A stretch of DNA of 20,000 nt from an uncultured virus (IMG/VR IMGVR_UViG_3300031963_000086) (Duplodnaviria; Heunggongvirae; Uroviricota; Caudoviricetes). The stretch is taken from the IMG/VR virus record IMGVR_UViG_3300031963_000086. One strand, written 5' to 3'. Position numbers and translations under genes: made by a program. Position 1 is the first letter of the stretch. Every line of letters begins with the position of its first letter. Below are positions 7,243-16,079 of the stretch, in pieces. A model generated the notes under the pieces. That model was not told the origin of the DNA and searched no databases. It saw only the letters and a list, made by a program, of their open reading frames with translations.

Positions 7243-7483
7243 ACATTTTACTATCGCCTTGCTTGTAAAGTTTTTGTTGCTCTCCTTTGGCAATGGCGTT
7301 CATCTCTTCGTCAATGGCTTGGATTAAGTCATTCCGTTGTTGGTTGGCAATGTTTGTGGTGCGCGTGGCCTTCGCAATATCGGCATCCGTTGCTTTGGGG
7401 TCGCGCTTTATATCCTCGGCCATCCAAATCTTGATGTTTACGATGGATAGTTGGTCAATCAAGTTTCCTATGGTCACTTTCAT
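7232..7483 (-). CDS. DUF4254/DUF6165-like helical protein
   Basis: IGNLIDQLSIVNIKIWMAEDIKRD...NQQRNDLIQAIDE resembles DUF4254, which is usually found beside GT9 genes. Confidence 0.6.
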   Translation of the reverse strand: MKVTIGNLIDQLSIVNIKIWMAEDIKRDPKATDADIAKATRTTNIANQQRNDLIQAIDEEMNAIAKGEQQKLYKQGDSKMYGK

Positions 7484-8715
7484 TTCAAGTCCTCCTTGGT
7501 GTAAATTCTAAATTGTGGGCAAGGAACGATGAACGCGCCTCCTTTTTCTAAATACTCGCGCTCTCGTTCCACGAACTCCGAAATAAAGTGCCAAGGCAAT
7601 ACCAACACATAGTCGGGTTGTGCCTCTCGCATCTCCTTTTCGCTTTTGATGACAATATTGCTTCCAATGGTGCGTAACCCCCACTTATCGGGATTGCGTT
7701 CCGCTATGGCTTCAATTTTGGTATTATCCAAATCAAAATATTGCAACAAAGTATTGCCTTTTGTACTAGCACCATATCCCCAAACGCTTTTTCCATCTCG
7801 GTTTGCTTTATCAATAAAATCCGTAGTTTTCATTCTTAACATAGCAACATTGTTGGCAAAATCATTCCACACGGGTAAGTTGTCATAGTGATGTTCGTTG
7901 TTGAATAACGCTTGGATATTCATCGCCCACACATCGCGTAATGGCGCACTACCAAAACTATTCATATCCGCGGTTTTCTTAACCGCATAAATACGAATTG
8001 ACCCACCATTCACATCATTCAACTCGGCATTTAAGACCTTCATGTTGGCGAGGTTCAAGATTCTTTGAACACTAGTCAAGTTGTGATAAGCCCAATGTTC
8101 GTGACAAATATTGTCGAACGCAAGTTGCTTCATCATAAGCGGGGTGTAAGAGAGTTGCAATACCCAAATACCATTTTCGTCAAGCACCTTTTCTACATCT
8201 TCGGCAAAAGTGAACGGGTCTTGCAAATCATAGAACATAGCAATGCTTGTAACCACATCCGCTTTTTTGGGGGCGTTCGCTTTTAACCACGCATCGTAAG
8301 TGAAATAATCTTGAACTATGCTATTTGCGTGATGCAATGCTTCCGCTATATACTTGTCTTCAATCGGGTCAATACCAACACGAAAAAACTTGCTCTCATC
8401 TACCCAAGATAAAAGAGTACCATCGTTACACGCGATGTCAAGCCACACATAGTTACTTCCCATCAATTTCTTATGGTCAAAAATGGAATCCACTACATCG
8501 CGTAGGGCTTCTCGCATAGATGCGTTTGTACCACTCTTGTACCAATATTTGCCCCACATTTCTTCTCCACTCGGTTGCTCGGTCAAAGTTGGGCAACCCA
8601 ACCTCTCATTCCAAACAAGGTCAAGTGAATACTTTTTTCGGGTCGCGTACTCCGCGGAACTATGCACAAAGTCGCTTGTGTACATACTCCCTAATTCTAT
8701 TAATTTATGGCTCAT
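7480..8715 (-). CDS. NDP-hexose C3-methyltransferase family (TcaB9/NovU/EryBIII-like)
   Basis: YWYKSG, LDIACNDGTLL, FDNICHEH, GGSIRIY, GYGASTKGNTLLQY, PDYVLVLPWHF...GGAFIVPCP. Confidence 0.88.
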   Translation of the reverse strand: MSHKLIELGSMYTSDFVHSSAEYATRKKYSLDLVWNERLGCPTLTEQPSGEEMWGKYWYKSGTNASMREALRDVVDSIFDHKKLMGSNYVWLDIACNDGTLLSWVDESKFFRVGIDPIEDKYIAEALHHANSIVQDYFTYDAWLKANAPKKADVVTSIAMFYDLQDPFTFAEDVEKVLDENGIWVLQLSYTPLMMKQLAFDNICHEHWAYHNLTSVQRILNLANMKVLNAELNDVNGGSIRIYAVKKTADMNSFGSAPLRDVWAMNIQALFNNEHHYDNLPVWNDFANNVAMLRMKTTDFIDKANRDGKSVWGYGASTKGNTLLQYFDLDNTKIEAIAERNPDKWGLRTIGSNIVIKSEKEMREAQPDYVLVLPWHFISEFVEREREYLEKGGAFIVPCPQFRIYTKEDLK

Positions 8716-9326
8716 TTCGTGTAAAAATCGTTAACCTCGTGTCGTCTAACCTTACGATAACCGAACAATGCAAGGTATTGCTCAATTTCGGGGTCGTTAA
8801 AATTATTCTCAATGCAAAACATTTTCACATTCCATTTTGGGATGTCAAAACCTTTCAACACATCCAACTCCGTGCCTTCGGTGTCAATTGAAATAAAGTC
8901 AATATGACTAACCCAATCAAAGTCCGCAATAATGCTATCCAAAGTCCTTTCGGGTACTTTTACGATATTCACTTGGGGATTTAAGAAAGCGTGGCTTTGC
9001 ATCAATCGTTGGTCAAGTTCCAATCCGCTAATAGCCGTTTGGTTTCCACCTTCTAGGGTTACTACTTTGAACTCCACCTCTTTGTTGTTGTATTGGCCGA
9101 CCGCGCAATGCACGGCATTGGCACGGGTTTGTTGTAACGATGGTATCATCGCGGGGTTCGCTTCTACGCAAATCGCCTTCCAACCATGTTGTTCAAAGTG
9201 ATAGGTGTTACTCATACCTATACCATCGGTTGCCCCAATGTCAATGCAAATACCCTTGTAGTCGGGTTCAAAGTGTTGGGCGATGAATACGTCTTCGCCA
9301 AATTGTGAATAGGAATGTATGCTCAT
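8712..9326 (-). CDS. FkbM family methyltransferase
   Basis: YSQFGED, IDIGATDG, GWKAICVEANP, IDFISIDTEGTELDVLKG. Confidence 0.9.
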   Translation of the reverse strand: MSIHSYSQFGEDVFIAQHFEPDYKGICIDIGATDGIGMSNTYHFEQHGWKAICVEANPAMIPSLQQTRANAVHCAVGQYNNKEVEFKVVTLEGGNQTAISGLELDQRLMQSHAFLNPQVNIVKVPERTLDSIIADFDWVSHIDFISIDTEGTELDVLKGFDIPKWNVKMFCIENNFNDPEIEQYLALFGYRKVRRHEVNDFYTK

Positions 9327-10240
9327 AGTGTCATTTTGTATATAAAGTCGTCAAATTTAGTTGTTGGTTGCCATCCAATTGTTTCTTTTGCTTTGGAGTA
9401 ATCCCCCCAAATGTTGTTTCTTTCCCCCAGTCGCACAAGTTGACTATCGGTTAAAACATATTTTTTCCAATCATATCCGTGCGGGGCAAATGCTTTTTCA
9501 AGCAAATCTTCTACCGAATAAGTAACCCCCGTAGCAAATATCAATTCGCTTGGCTCTCCTTGAACTTGGTCGTAAAACCCTTGTACAAAGTCGGGGGCAT
9601 ACCCCCAATCTCTTCGTGATGTTAATGCGCCTAATTTTAGCAATTCGCTTGTAGCCCCATTTCGGAGTTGCTTGACATAGTTGCATATTTTAGCGGGTAA
9701 GAAATGTAGCCCTCTACGCTCACACTCATGGTTGAATGATATAGCCGTGTAAAATTTGCCACCTTGCTCCCGCATATATCTCATCATCTTATCCACTTCG
9801 TTCTTTGCTTCGGCATAAGGAGTGTGGGGATTTCTCGGACTATTCTCGTTTAATTGTTGGTCTTTAATATTTCCAAATACTTCACTTGATGACGCTTGGA
9901 AAAACTTCCGATTAGTATAAAAACAAACCTCCATCAATTTGAAAACGGCCGAATGATTCACCACTTTCGTGTATTCGGGCAAACGCTCACTATCGGGAGA
10001 AAAAGTAACCCCCCCAAAGTTATAAACCTCGGTTGGTTGTTTGTTTATTACGAATTGCGCTATGGAATCCTTATTACTCAAATCAAATTTGTGTAACGTA
10101 AAATTCGGGTGAAACAAATTATCCACCCAACGCTTGTTGGATGCGTAAGTTCCGTGAACCATATACCCTTTTGATAGCAATAACTCACACATGAGTGAGC
10201 CATCCATACCACTTGCGCCTATTACTATTGCCGTTTTCAT
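9323..10240 (-). CDS. gmd: GDP-mannose 4,6-dehydratase-like protein
   Basis: GASGMDGS Rossmann motif, QASSSEVFG, PYAEAK (YxxxK), FNHECERRG, LGALTSRRDWGYAPDFV. Confidence 0.85.
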   Translation of the reverse strand: MKTAIVIGASGMDGSLMCELLLSKGYMVHGTYASNKRWVDNLFHPNFTLHKFDLSNKDSIAQFVINKQPTEVYNFGGVTFSPDSERLPEYTKVVNHSAVFKLMEVCFYTNRKFFQASSSEVFGNIKDQQLNENSPRNPHTPYAEAKNEVDKMMRYMREQGGKFYTAISFNHECERRGLHFLPAKICNYVKQLRNGATSELLKLGALTSRRDWGYAPDFVQGFYDQVQGEPSELIFATGVTYSVEDLLEKAFAPHGYDWKKYVLTDSQLVRLGERNNIWGDYSKAKETIGWQPTTKFDDFIYKMTL

Positions 10241-10689
10241 ATTTCGTCTTCTATCAATCTTGCGTATGTCCTAACAAGCGGTCTTCCACCCGTGTTTTCT
10301 ACTTTCTCTATAACCCTTTTATATGAAACATACTTCCCTTCGGGGTCAATACCATCCTTTTTCCATTGCATTATTTTCATAACATCATCGGGGTGTACGG
10401 AGATTTCAAACATAGCCAAACGAACTACCCACCATACTTTAGTTTCGCGTAAATACCCATTCAAAATTTTGGGTTCTTTTTTTTGGGCTTGGTGGAATTG
10501 GTCAAAACTTGGATTCCCTTCTTCGGTACACGCTATACCTCCATTCCAATATTGCATCAAAACCTCTTCTTCTTTCTTGAGTAACTCTTCGGCTTTGTCG
10601 ATTGCTTGGCCGAAACCAAGTTCCTTCATGGGGTATTTCAACATCATTTCATCACCCCACTCTATAAATTCTTGTAATGCGCTTTTCAT
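10237..10689 (-). CDS. Hypothetical protein with N-terminal QTAVEWL-like module
   Basis: ATGA-coupled; MKSALQEFIE...AIDKAEELLKKEEEVL resembles the repeated module at 18481-20000. Confidence 0.65.
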   Translation of the reverse strand: MKSALQEFIEWGDEMMLKYPMKELGFGQAIDKAEELLKKEEEVLMQYWNGGIACTEEGNPSFDQFHQAQKKEPKILNGYLRETKVWWVVRLAMFEISVHPDDVMKIMQWKKDGIDPEGKYVSYKRVIEKVENTGGRPLVRTYARLIEDEI

Positions 10690-11093
10690 TTTCGTAATGT
10701 TTTATCCCAATATTTTCTTGTGTAGCAAACGAACATCCATTTATTAAGGGAATACCAATGGCGGAGTTTTTTGTACCAAGGGTCGTTACGCATCTCATCC
10801 TCTAAATCTTGCAAGGTTTCGCTATGGTGAACCCGTGCGGTTGGTTTTGAACTTTTCGACTCTCCTCCTTGGGAAATTGCTCCATAAATATCAAATCCTT
10901 TATTGAACGCATACAAAAATGCTCTAGCGTATGACTCTTGTAGATGTGGTGGGATTTTTGAAAAATCGGCATGGCATTCTATGGGCAATTCCGTATTACT
11001 ACCCACTATCGTCATTTGAGTTTTTATTGTTGCCATACTTGACGTTTCAAGCGATAAATATAAATATTCTTGCGAATTGTTAATGGTTATCAT
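10686..11093 (-). CDS. Hypothetical protein
   Basis: ATGA overlaps at both ends if the start is 11093. Confidence 0.6.
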   Translation of the reverse strand: MITINNSQEYLYLSLETSSMATIKTQMTIVGSNTELPIECHADFSKIPPHLQESYARAFLYAFNKGFDIYGAISQGGESKSSKPTARVHHSETLQDLEDEMRNDPWYKKLRHWYSLNKWMFVCYTRKYWDKTLRK

Positions 11094-11476
11094 AAGTCCC
11101 ATGCGCTAATTGTTTTGGTGTGGTTGCTTTGGAAATGTCCGCAATTCAAACACTTGCCACCCGTTGTATTTAATCCATCCCCTACAAAGTGTCCGCATGG
11201 GGTATTTGCATTTGAATCAAGATTTACCGATGAAGGATAGCGATTCGCAATCACCGACCCAACTTTAGGCTTTTGTGTTTTAGTGAACACTCTACCAAAA
11301 GTCACATTGTCCTTAACAACAATATCCTTGTGTGTAAATTGCCAAATTTGGCCATTGTTTAGAATGATGGTGTACATAGTATCGGTTTCGTGTCCGTACT
11401 CGGTTACTAGCCATATTACGCCATCCCCTTGGGGTGTTGTGACATCAACTCGGTTATGTGGTTCGTGTATGTGCAT
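11090..11476 (-). CDS. Hypothetical phage protein with C-terminal Cys/His cluster
   Basis: TAATG-coupled; PCGHF...CLNCGH. Confidence 0.65.
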   Translation of the reverse strand: MHIHEPHNRVDVTTPQGDGVIWLVTEYGHETDTMYTIILNNGQIWQFTHKDIVVKDNVTFGRVFTKTQKPKVGSVIANRYPSSVNLDSNANTPCGHFVGDGLNTTGGKCLNCGHFQSNHTKTISAWDL

Positions 11477-12144
11477 TAGAATAATTTTTGTTGTGGGCTT
11501 GGTGGAATAAATAAATTTTTTGCATTATTACGAACCCCCGTATATTCGGTTGCTTTCACTTTTTCCACAGAAAAAGCAAACCTCCAAATACTTTTACAAT
11601 CTATTTCGTCTATGAGTTCGATTTTTCTCCAATGACATAATCCAAATAGACCAATCTTCTCAATTATTTCCTCTTTACTTGGATTGTGTGTTCCGTAATA
11701 GCAAGTTAAATGCGTTTGGGTTATTCCGTTAAGAATATTAACATATGGTTTGGGCATAGTAATAAACAAAAACCCCTTATCTATCAGTAAAAAAATGTCG
11801 GGGAAAAACCTATTTGGGAATCCGTATGGGTCTAAATCAATTATAGTGAATTTTTTTTTGTCACTAATCAACCTATGGTATTCTAAAAAACTATCGCCCG
11901 TTTTTAAGTGTTTTTTATCGTATGCGCTAACACACCCATAGGTTTCATACAATTTTGTTAGATTTCCTTGTCCCGAAAACAATTCAAGTATTTTAATATT
12001 ATTTTTATTTGTTTCATCAAAATTCAATAACACTCGTTTCACTTGCTTCGTTTTTTCGTTAGGATGATGCACTTCATTAGAATTTTCTAATTGTTTCTTT
12101 CTAACCACATCGTGTCTTAACGCTCTATATGTTTTCGGTGTCAT
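11476..12144 (-). CDS. SAM-dependent amino-methyltransferase-like protein (DLDPYG motif)
   Basis: ILELFSGQG (motif I), SAYDKK, GDS and FTIIDLDPYGFP (a Trm1/DPPY-like motif IV). Confidence 0.6.
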   Translation of the reverse strand: MTPKTYRALRHDVVRKKQLENSNEVHHPNEKTKQVKRVLLNFDETNKNNIKILELFSGQGNLTKLYETYGCVSAYDKKHLKTGDSFLEYHRLISDKKKFTIIDLDPYGFPNRFFPDIFLLIDKGFLFITMPKPYVNILNGITQTHLTCYYGTHNPSKEEIIEKIGLFGLCHWRKIELIDEIDCKSIWRFAFSVEKVKATEYTGVRNNAKNLFIPPSPQQKLF

Positions 12145-12171
12145 AAAATGTAATTAAAACAAGTGCGGGTT

Positions 12172-12843
12172 TTACAGAAAAAATTTACCTACAACCAAGG
12201 CCACGCTTCCAACAAACCACCACCTTTGATAAAAGGGCGGTCTTTGTTTGATGGTAACATTGGTCATGGCCGTTACGCGTGTTTTGGGGTTTTCGTTTTT
12301 AATCTCCACGATTGGTTCGGCCTTACGGAATATCCCGCGCTTTTTCTCACCAATGGTTATTCTCATCTTGTTTTCCGAACCGAATGAATCCATTTGAAAA
12401 CCATCGTGCTTTACTACGCCACCAAAAAAGTTCCATGAATCTTTCCACGATACGGGAATGGGGGTCTTTACATAGTAAGTCGTATCAAAGGTGTTGCTAT
12501 CCACGAATATCTTTTTCTCAACTTCGTATGGAACAAACACTTTCTCAATGATGGTTTTAGTACCCACCTTGGTTTGACTTGCAATTGACTTCATGTATTT
12601 CTCCTTTTCCAAAAGGTTATTTTTGAGTGCCACTTTCAAACTCACGATTTGTTGGCGTTGCTCAACTATCTCACGACCATTTTTGTCAATGGTACTTTTG
12701 TAGTAGGTGTTTTGTTGTTGGAGGTCAAAGTCGCCATCGCCATTTTTGAGGTACAACAACAATACGGCAATTAGCACACCAATAGCGATATAGAAAGCGC
12801 GTTTGTAATTAAACCCCTTTACTTGGAATTGTGGTACTTGCAT
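12172..12843 (-). CDS. Membrane-anchored coiled-coil protein, possibly spanin-like
   Basis: N-terminal TM (AFYIAIGVLIAVLLLYL), a coiled-coil stretch, and C-terminal PPFYQRWWFVGSVALVVG. Confidence 0.55.
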   Translation of the reverse strand: MQVPQFQVKGFNYKRAFYIAIGVLIAVLLLYLKNGDGDFDLQQQNTYYKSTIDKNGREIVEQRQQIVSLKVALKNNLLEKEKYMKSIASQTKVGTKTIIEKVFVPYEVEKKIFVDSNTFDTTYYVKTPIPVSWKDSWNFFGGVVKHDGFQMDSFGSENKMRITIGEKKRGIFRKAEPIVEIKNENPKTRVTAMTNVTIKQRPPFYQRWWFVGSVALVVGKFFL

Positions 12844-13072
12844 AGTTTTTTGGAATAGTTATTTCGGTGTAATTGAGGTGTATCTTATTCAAGATAGCGG
12901 ATATTTTACTCGCATCTTTTAGCGTAAACTTTTGCGCACCATAATCAAAGTCGCAAGTTTTGTAAGTCCTATCCGATGGCTCATATTCGGCCACATAGCA
13001 CAATTTAGGTTCTTGCTCTTCCCATGGTGGGCGTGAGTTAATTTTCAAAATAAAAATTTTGGGAGTTTTCAT
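12809..13072 (-). CDS. Hypothetical protein
   Basis: Overlap-coupled ORF in the minus-strand run. Confidence 0.55.
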   Translation of the reverse strand: MKTPKIFILKINSRPPWEEQEPKLCYVAEYEPSDRTYKTCDFDYGAQKFTLKDASKISAILNKIHLNYTEITIPKNYASTTIPSKGV

Positions 13073-13284
13073 TTATTATAGATTGCTTTAAATATTGTTA
13101 GTCCATCTTGGGTAACTACGCCCATCTTTAGCAATTGGCGATAATACCGATTACCCATATCAACAAGTTGGTCTTGCTCCACTTCCAAAAATCGCTTGGC
13201 GTGATAAATGACATTTTGCTTTGTCAATACCTCATTTGGATTTTTTTCTAGTTCTTCGATGTATGCTTGGAAAGCGGTTTTCAT
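13069..13284 (-). CDS. Hypothetical protein, QTAVEWL-like module
   Basis: MKTAFQAYIEEL...HAKRFLEVEQDQLVD...IYNK; start placed at the second Met. Confidence 0.6.
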   Translation of the reverse strand: MKTAFQAYIEELEKNPNEVLTKQNVIYHAKRFLEVEQDQLVDMGNRYYRQLLKMGVVTQDGLTIFKAIYNK

Positions 13285-13359
13285 ATGTTGTTGGGGTATA
13301 TTTAATAAACACTTTTTCATTTGTAGTCGTAGTTACGACATAGTTAAAACGCACATGGG

Positions 13360-13566
13360 TTATAGAAGAGAAATACATATATATGCGGATAAAAGCGTAT
13401 AATATCCGACCAATATAGGAGTTACATATTTGGCCATATAAAACTCTTCATCACTTTCTAATGCCACTCTTTCAAATGTTATTTCAAACCATATTGTCCA
13501 AATTATATAGCCCAACAACAATACGGGTAAAGCGAAAGTGATAAATATTAGTCGGAGGTTTTTCAT
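13360..13566 (-). CDS. Small two-TM membrane protein
   Basis: ATGA overlap with the GT2 stop; two hydrophobic segments. Confidence 0.55.
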   Translation of the reverse strand: MKNLRLIFITFALPVLLLGYIIWTIWFEITFERVALESDEEFYMAKYVTPILVGYYTLLSAYICISLL

Positions 13567-14189
13567 CGGTTGTAAGGGGTCTTGAAAGTTTCTTGACTTG
13601 GCGCACCACCCCACTTGTCAATAAAGAAATTTCTATTCCTATCAAAGTTTTGGTTCAATGAGGGGTCACGCGCGATGGTTTGAGAATTTCTAAACACTTC
13701 GGGATTAAAGAAAGGTGAATTTTCACGCTTCAACCCTTGCAACCTCATTCGGTAGCAATAGTCATTGTCCTCAAAGTATGCGGGGAAAAATTGCTCATCA
13801 AATTTGCCTACACTTTCCCAAGTAGTCAATGGAATAACAAACAAACACCAAGTACCCAAGCCTACATAAAAATCGTTGGGATTGGCATCAATATGCTCTT
13901 CTATTTCATCGGCCGTTTTGCGCCAAATAACATCGTCATTCAATAACGCGACATGGGTATATCCTTTGGCAAACAAAGTTTTGCAAAGCAAGTTCCACGA
14001 ACCACTTACGCCAATGTTTTGTGGCATTGTCATAACTCTTTGGTTCGATGCGGTAAGGTTGATTGTTTGGTGTCCATTATCTACAATATAGACGTGACGA
14101 CCATACCAAGTTTCTTTGTAAATCTCCAATGCTTCTTGTAGTAAATCGGCCCTATTTATGGTTGGGATTCCAAGTGCTATCATTGCCAT
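13563..14189 (-). CDS. GT2 (GT-A fold) glycosyltransferase
   Basis: IPTINRADLL, YIVDNG, NIGVSGSWN, LLNDD (DxD-like), VGKFDEQFFPAYFEDNDYCYR. Confidence 0.88.
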   Translation of the reverse strand: MAMIALGIPTINRADLLQEALEIYKETWYGRHVYIVDNGHQTINLTASNQRVMTMPQNIGVSGSWNLLCKTLFAKGYTHVALLNDDVIWRKTADEIEEHIDANPNDFYVGLGTWCLFVIPLTTWESVGKFDEQFFPAYFEDNDYCYRMRLQGLKRENSPFFNPEVFRNSQTIARDPSLNQNFDRNRNFFIDKWGGAPSQETFKTPYNR

Positions 14190-14195
14190 ATTCTA

Positions 14196-14234
14196 TTATT
14201 TTCAAAGATAATTAATTCACATTATTTTTTTCAA
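14196..14234 (-). promoter_or_regulatory. Promoter with operator (14196-14211) overlapping the -7 element
   Basis: Minus strand TTG-N21-TATCTTTG; operator TTATTTTCAAAGATAA. Confidence 0.65.
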
Positions 14235-14445
14235 TATTTTTATTGTGCATTGCTTTCATCATTTCAATATCACTTTGCTCGTCTAGTGCATCGAGAACTA
14301 CATCAATTACCACTTTTGACAAGCAAGTTAAACACGCACATGAATCATCATCGGATTGTGGATTTGTCGCATTCAATAAATGCAAAGTCATTGTTTCGGC
14401 ACACCTTTCGGCTACCATTTGCCTCCATTCGTTATCAAGTATCAT
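14212..14445 (-). CDS. Hypothetical protein with CACLTC motif
   Basis: ATGA-coupled to the upstream gene. Confidence 0.55.
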   Translation of the reverse strand: MILDNEWRQMVAERCAETMTLHLLNATNPQSDDDSCACLTCLSKVVIDVVLDALDEQSDIEMMKAMHNKNIEKNNVN

Positions 14446-15308
14446 TTTTTCTTGGGTATTATTTGTTCATCGGTAAAACTAGATAACCAATCTTCCACAT
14501 TATCCACGCTTCTAAAAAATTGTTGCATAACGAAAAACTTGCCATACATCTCATCCAACTTGTCGTACTCCTTTTGCCTATCCTCGGAGGTCATCTTTTC
14601 CAAAAACTTGCTAAATACATTGTTACAATGATTGAGGCGCATCTCCTTGGCTAGTTCCCGCGCGGTTTCAAAGTCAATATTATCAATTGTCAAAATGTTG
14701 TTTCGGGTTAAGAACGCCCATACTACGCCACCATAATCCCCAATATATTTGTACGAGTTCCGTGTTTGGTGATAATACCACACGATTGACTTTTTGCGGT
14801 TTTCTATTTTCTCATCGTAAGTTAATTCTTTCGGTGGTGGTGTTTTTGCATCCATTTGGCGTTTGCGCTTCAAAACCTCGGTCATTACATCGGAACAATA
14901 CACGCCATAAGCGTTAAGAACTTTTGCGATATACAACGGAGAAAATTTACCATAAGCCTCGGCATCTACATTCAACTTGCCAACTAGCGCAAACTTGTAG
15001 GCCAACTCAATATCCTTGAGCGTATAGTTTTTGTAGTTCTCCCGAATGAAATTGACATTCAATATGTTTTCCTCTTTAGAAGCATCCTCGCGAATCCCAA
15101 GGTGCAACCGCCAAGTCGTTACAACTTTCAACAAGTCGTTGACTTCATTGTTGCTTTGAAAATGCCCTATCTTTTTTTCGTATTGGGCAATATAGATTTC
15201 TTTCTCCGTGTCATTGGTTATCCAAGCCCCAATCGACACTTGCGGTTTCGTGAGCGGTGCTAATGGTTTTTTGGATTGTGCTAACTCTTTGGATGGTTGG
15301 GTTTTCAT
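14442..15308 (-). CDS. Phage replication-associated protein, possible helicase-loader analog
   Basis: Directly follows the initiator gene; FIRENYKNYTLKDIELAYKFALVGKL...FSPLYIAKVLNAY. Function is inferred from position only. Confidence 0.55.
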   Translation of the reverse strand: MKTQPSKELAQSKKPLAPLTKPQVSIGAWITNDTEKEIYIAQYEKKIGHFQSNNEVNDLLKVVTTWRLHLGIREDASKEENILNVNFIRENYKNYTLKDIELAYKFALVGKLNVDAEAYGKFSPLYIAKVLNAYGVYCSDVMTEVLKRKRQMDAKTPPPKELTYDEKIENRKKSIVWYYHQTRNSYKYIGDYGGVVWAFLTRNNILTIDNIDFETARELAKEMRLNHCNNVFSKFLEKMTSEDRQKEYDKLDEMYGKFFVMQQFFRSVDNVEDWLSSFTDEQIIPKKK

Positions 15309-15813
15309 TTAGGTAGGAATTAAATTTATTGCCAAATAATGTAATTGGGCGTAGGTAATCTTCAAATTCGGTATTAAGCCATTTTGTGCATTTGTTATCT
15401 ATGACTTTTTTAAAGTCATCAAGTGAGTAGCCCTCTTTTATTCTCGCTTGAACAACCTTTATGGTGTCTTTGGATGATGCGGTATAGTGCTTACCACTTT
15501 TTTCATTCAAGTGGTTAATGATGGTGGTCACAAGGGCTTCGTCCTTTGCGATTATTTGCGGTTTATAAACGCTAAAATTAAATGTTACCCCACCACGCCC
15601 ACTCTTATACTCAAAATCGATTTGGTGCAACTTCATTTTCTTTAAGCCCCATTGAATAATTTGATGAATATACGATTTGCTAATACCATTCGCACTCTTT
15701 GATATGTCGGCATACGATACCTCGTCACCAACATTACCAAGAATGTATATCCATACCACTCCGTATAGTTGCGGTTGTTGGGAAAGGGCTTTATAGAACG
15801 CTTTAGTTTTCAA
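15211..15813 (-). CDS. Replication initiator with conserved phage C-terminal domain (Phg_2220_C)
   Basis: IINHLNEKSGKHY...VQARIKEGYSLDDFKKVIDNKCTKWLNTEFEDYLRPITLFGNKFNSYLN, plus an HTH-like N-terminus. Confidence 0.82.
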   Translation of the reverse strand: MKTKAFYKALSQQPQLYGVVWIYILGNVGDEVSYADISKSANGISKSYIHQIIQWGLKKMKLHQIDFEYKSGRGGVTFNFSVYKPQIIAKDEALVTTIINHLNEKSGKHYTASSKDTIKVVQARIKEGYSLDDFKKVIDNKCTKWLNTEFEDYLRPITLFGNKFNSYLNENPTIQRVSTIQKTISTAHETASVDWGLDNQ

Positions 15814-16021
15814 GAATGTCTTCTATCGGCAACTCTAACGCATTACTTATCGCACGTGCGGTACTTGTAAAGTAATTGGTTATTTGGCCACTTACAATTT
15901 TGGACATACGATACTTCTCAATATTGACCCCTTGGGTTTCACGAATCTTCTCAATCAACTCGGTCTGCGAAATACCTCTCTTGATTAGAATTTGGGCAAG
16001 TTTGGTTTTTTTTTGACTCAT
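15803..16021 (-). CDS. XRE/Cro-like helix-turn-helix regulator
   Basis: KLAQILIKRGISQTEL...MSKIVSGQ...TARAISNALELPIEDIL; an alternative start exists at 16033. Confidence 0.8.
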   Translation of the reverse strand: MSQKKTKLAQILIKRGISQTELIEKIRETQGVNIEKYRMSKIVSGQITNYFTSTARAISNALELPIEDILEN

Positions 16022-16079
16022 ATAGTTCCCCATTTCGGTCCCGCCCCGAACTAACCAACTATGGTGGGGATAGGCAATT

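Noticed and set aside
13326..13339. Inverted repeat GTCGTA-GT-TACGAC in a short intergenic gap
   Set aside because: Single occurrence with no U-tract or promoter association; chance cannot be excluded.
6526..14189. Bacterial LPS/capsule locus
   Set aside because: No wzx/wzy or transport genes, and the genes are interspersed with typical phage hypothetical genes.
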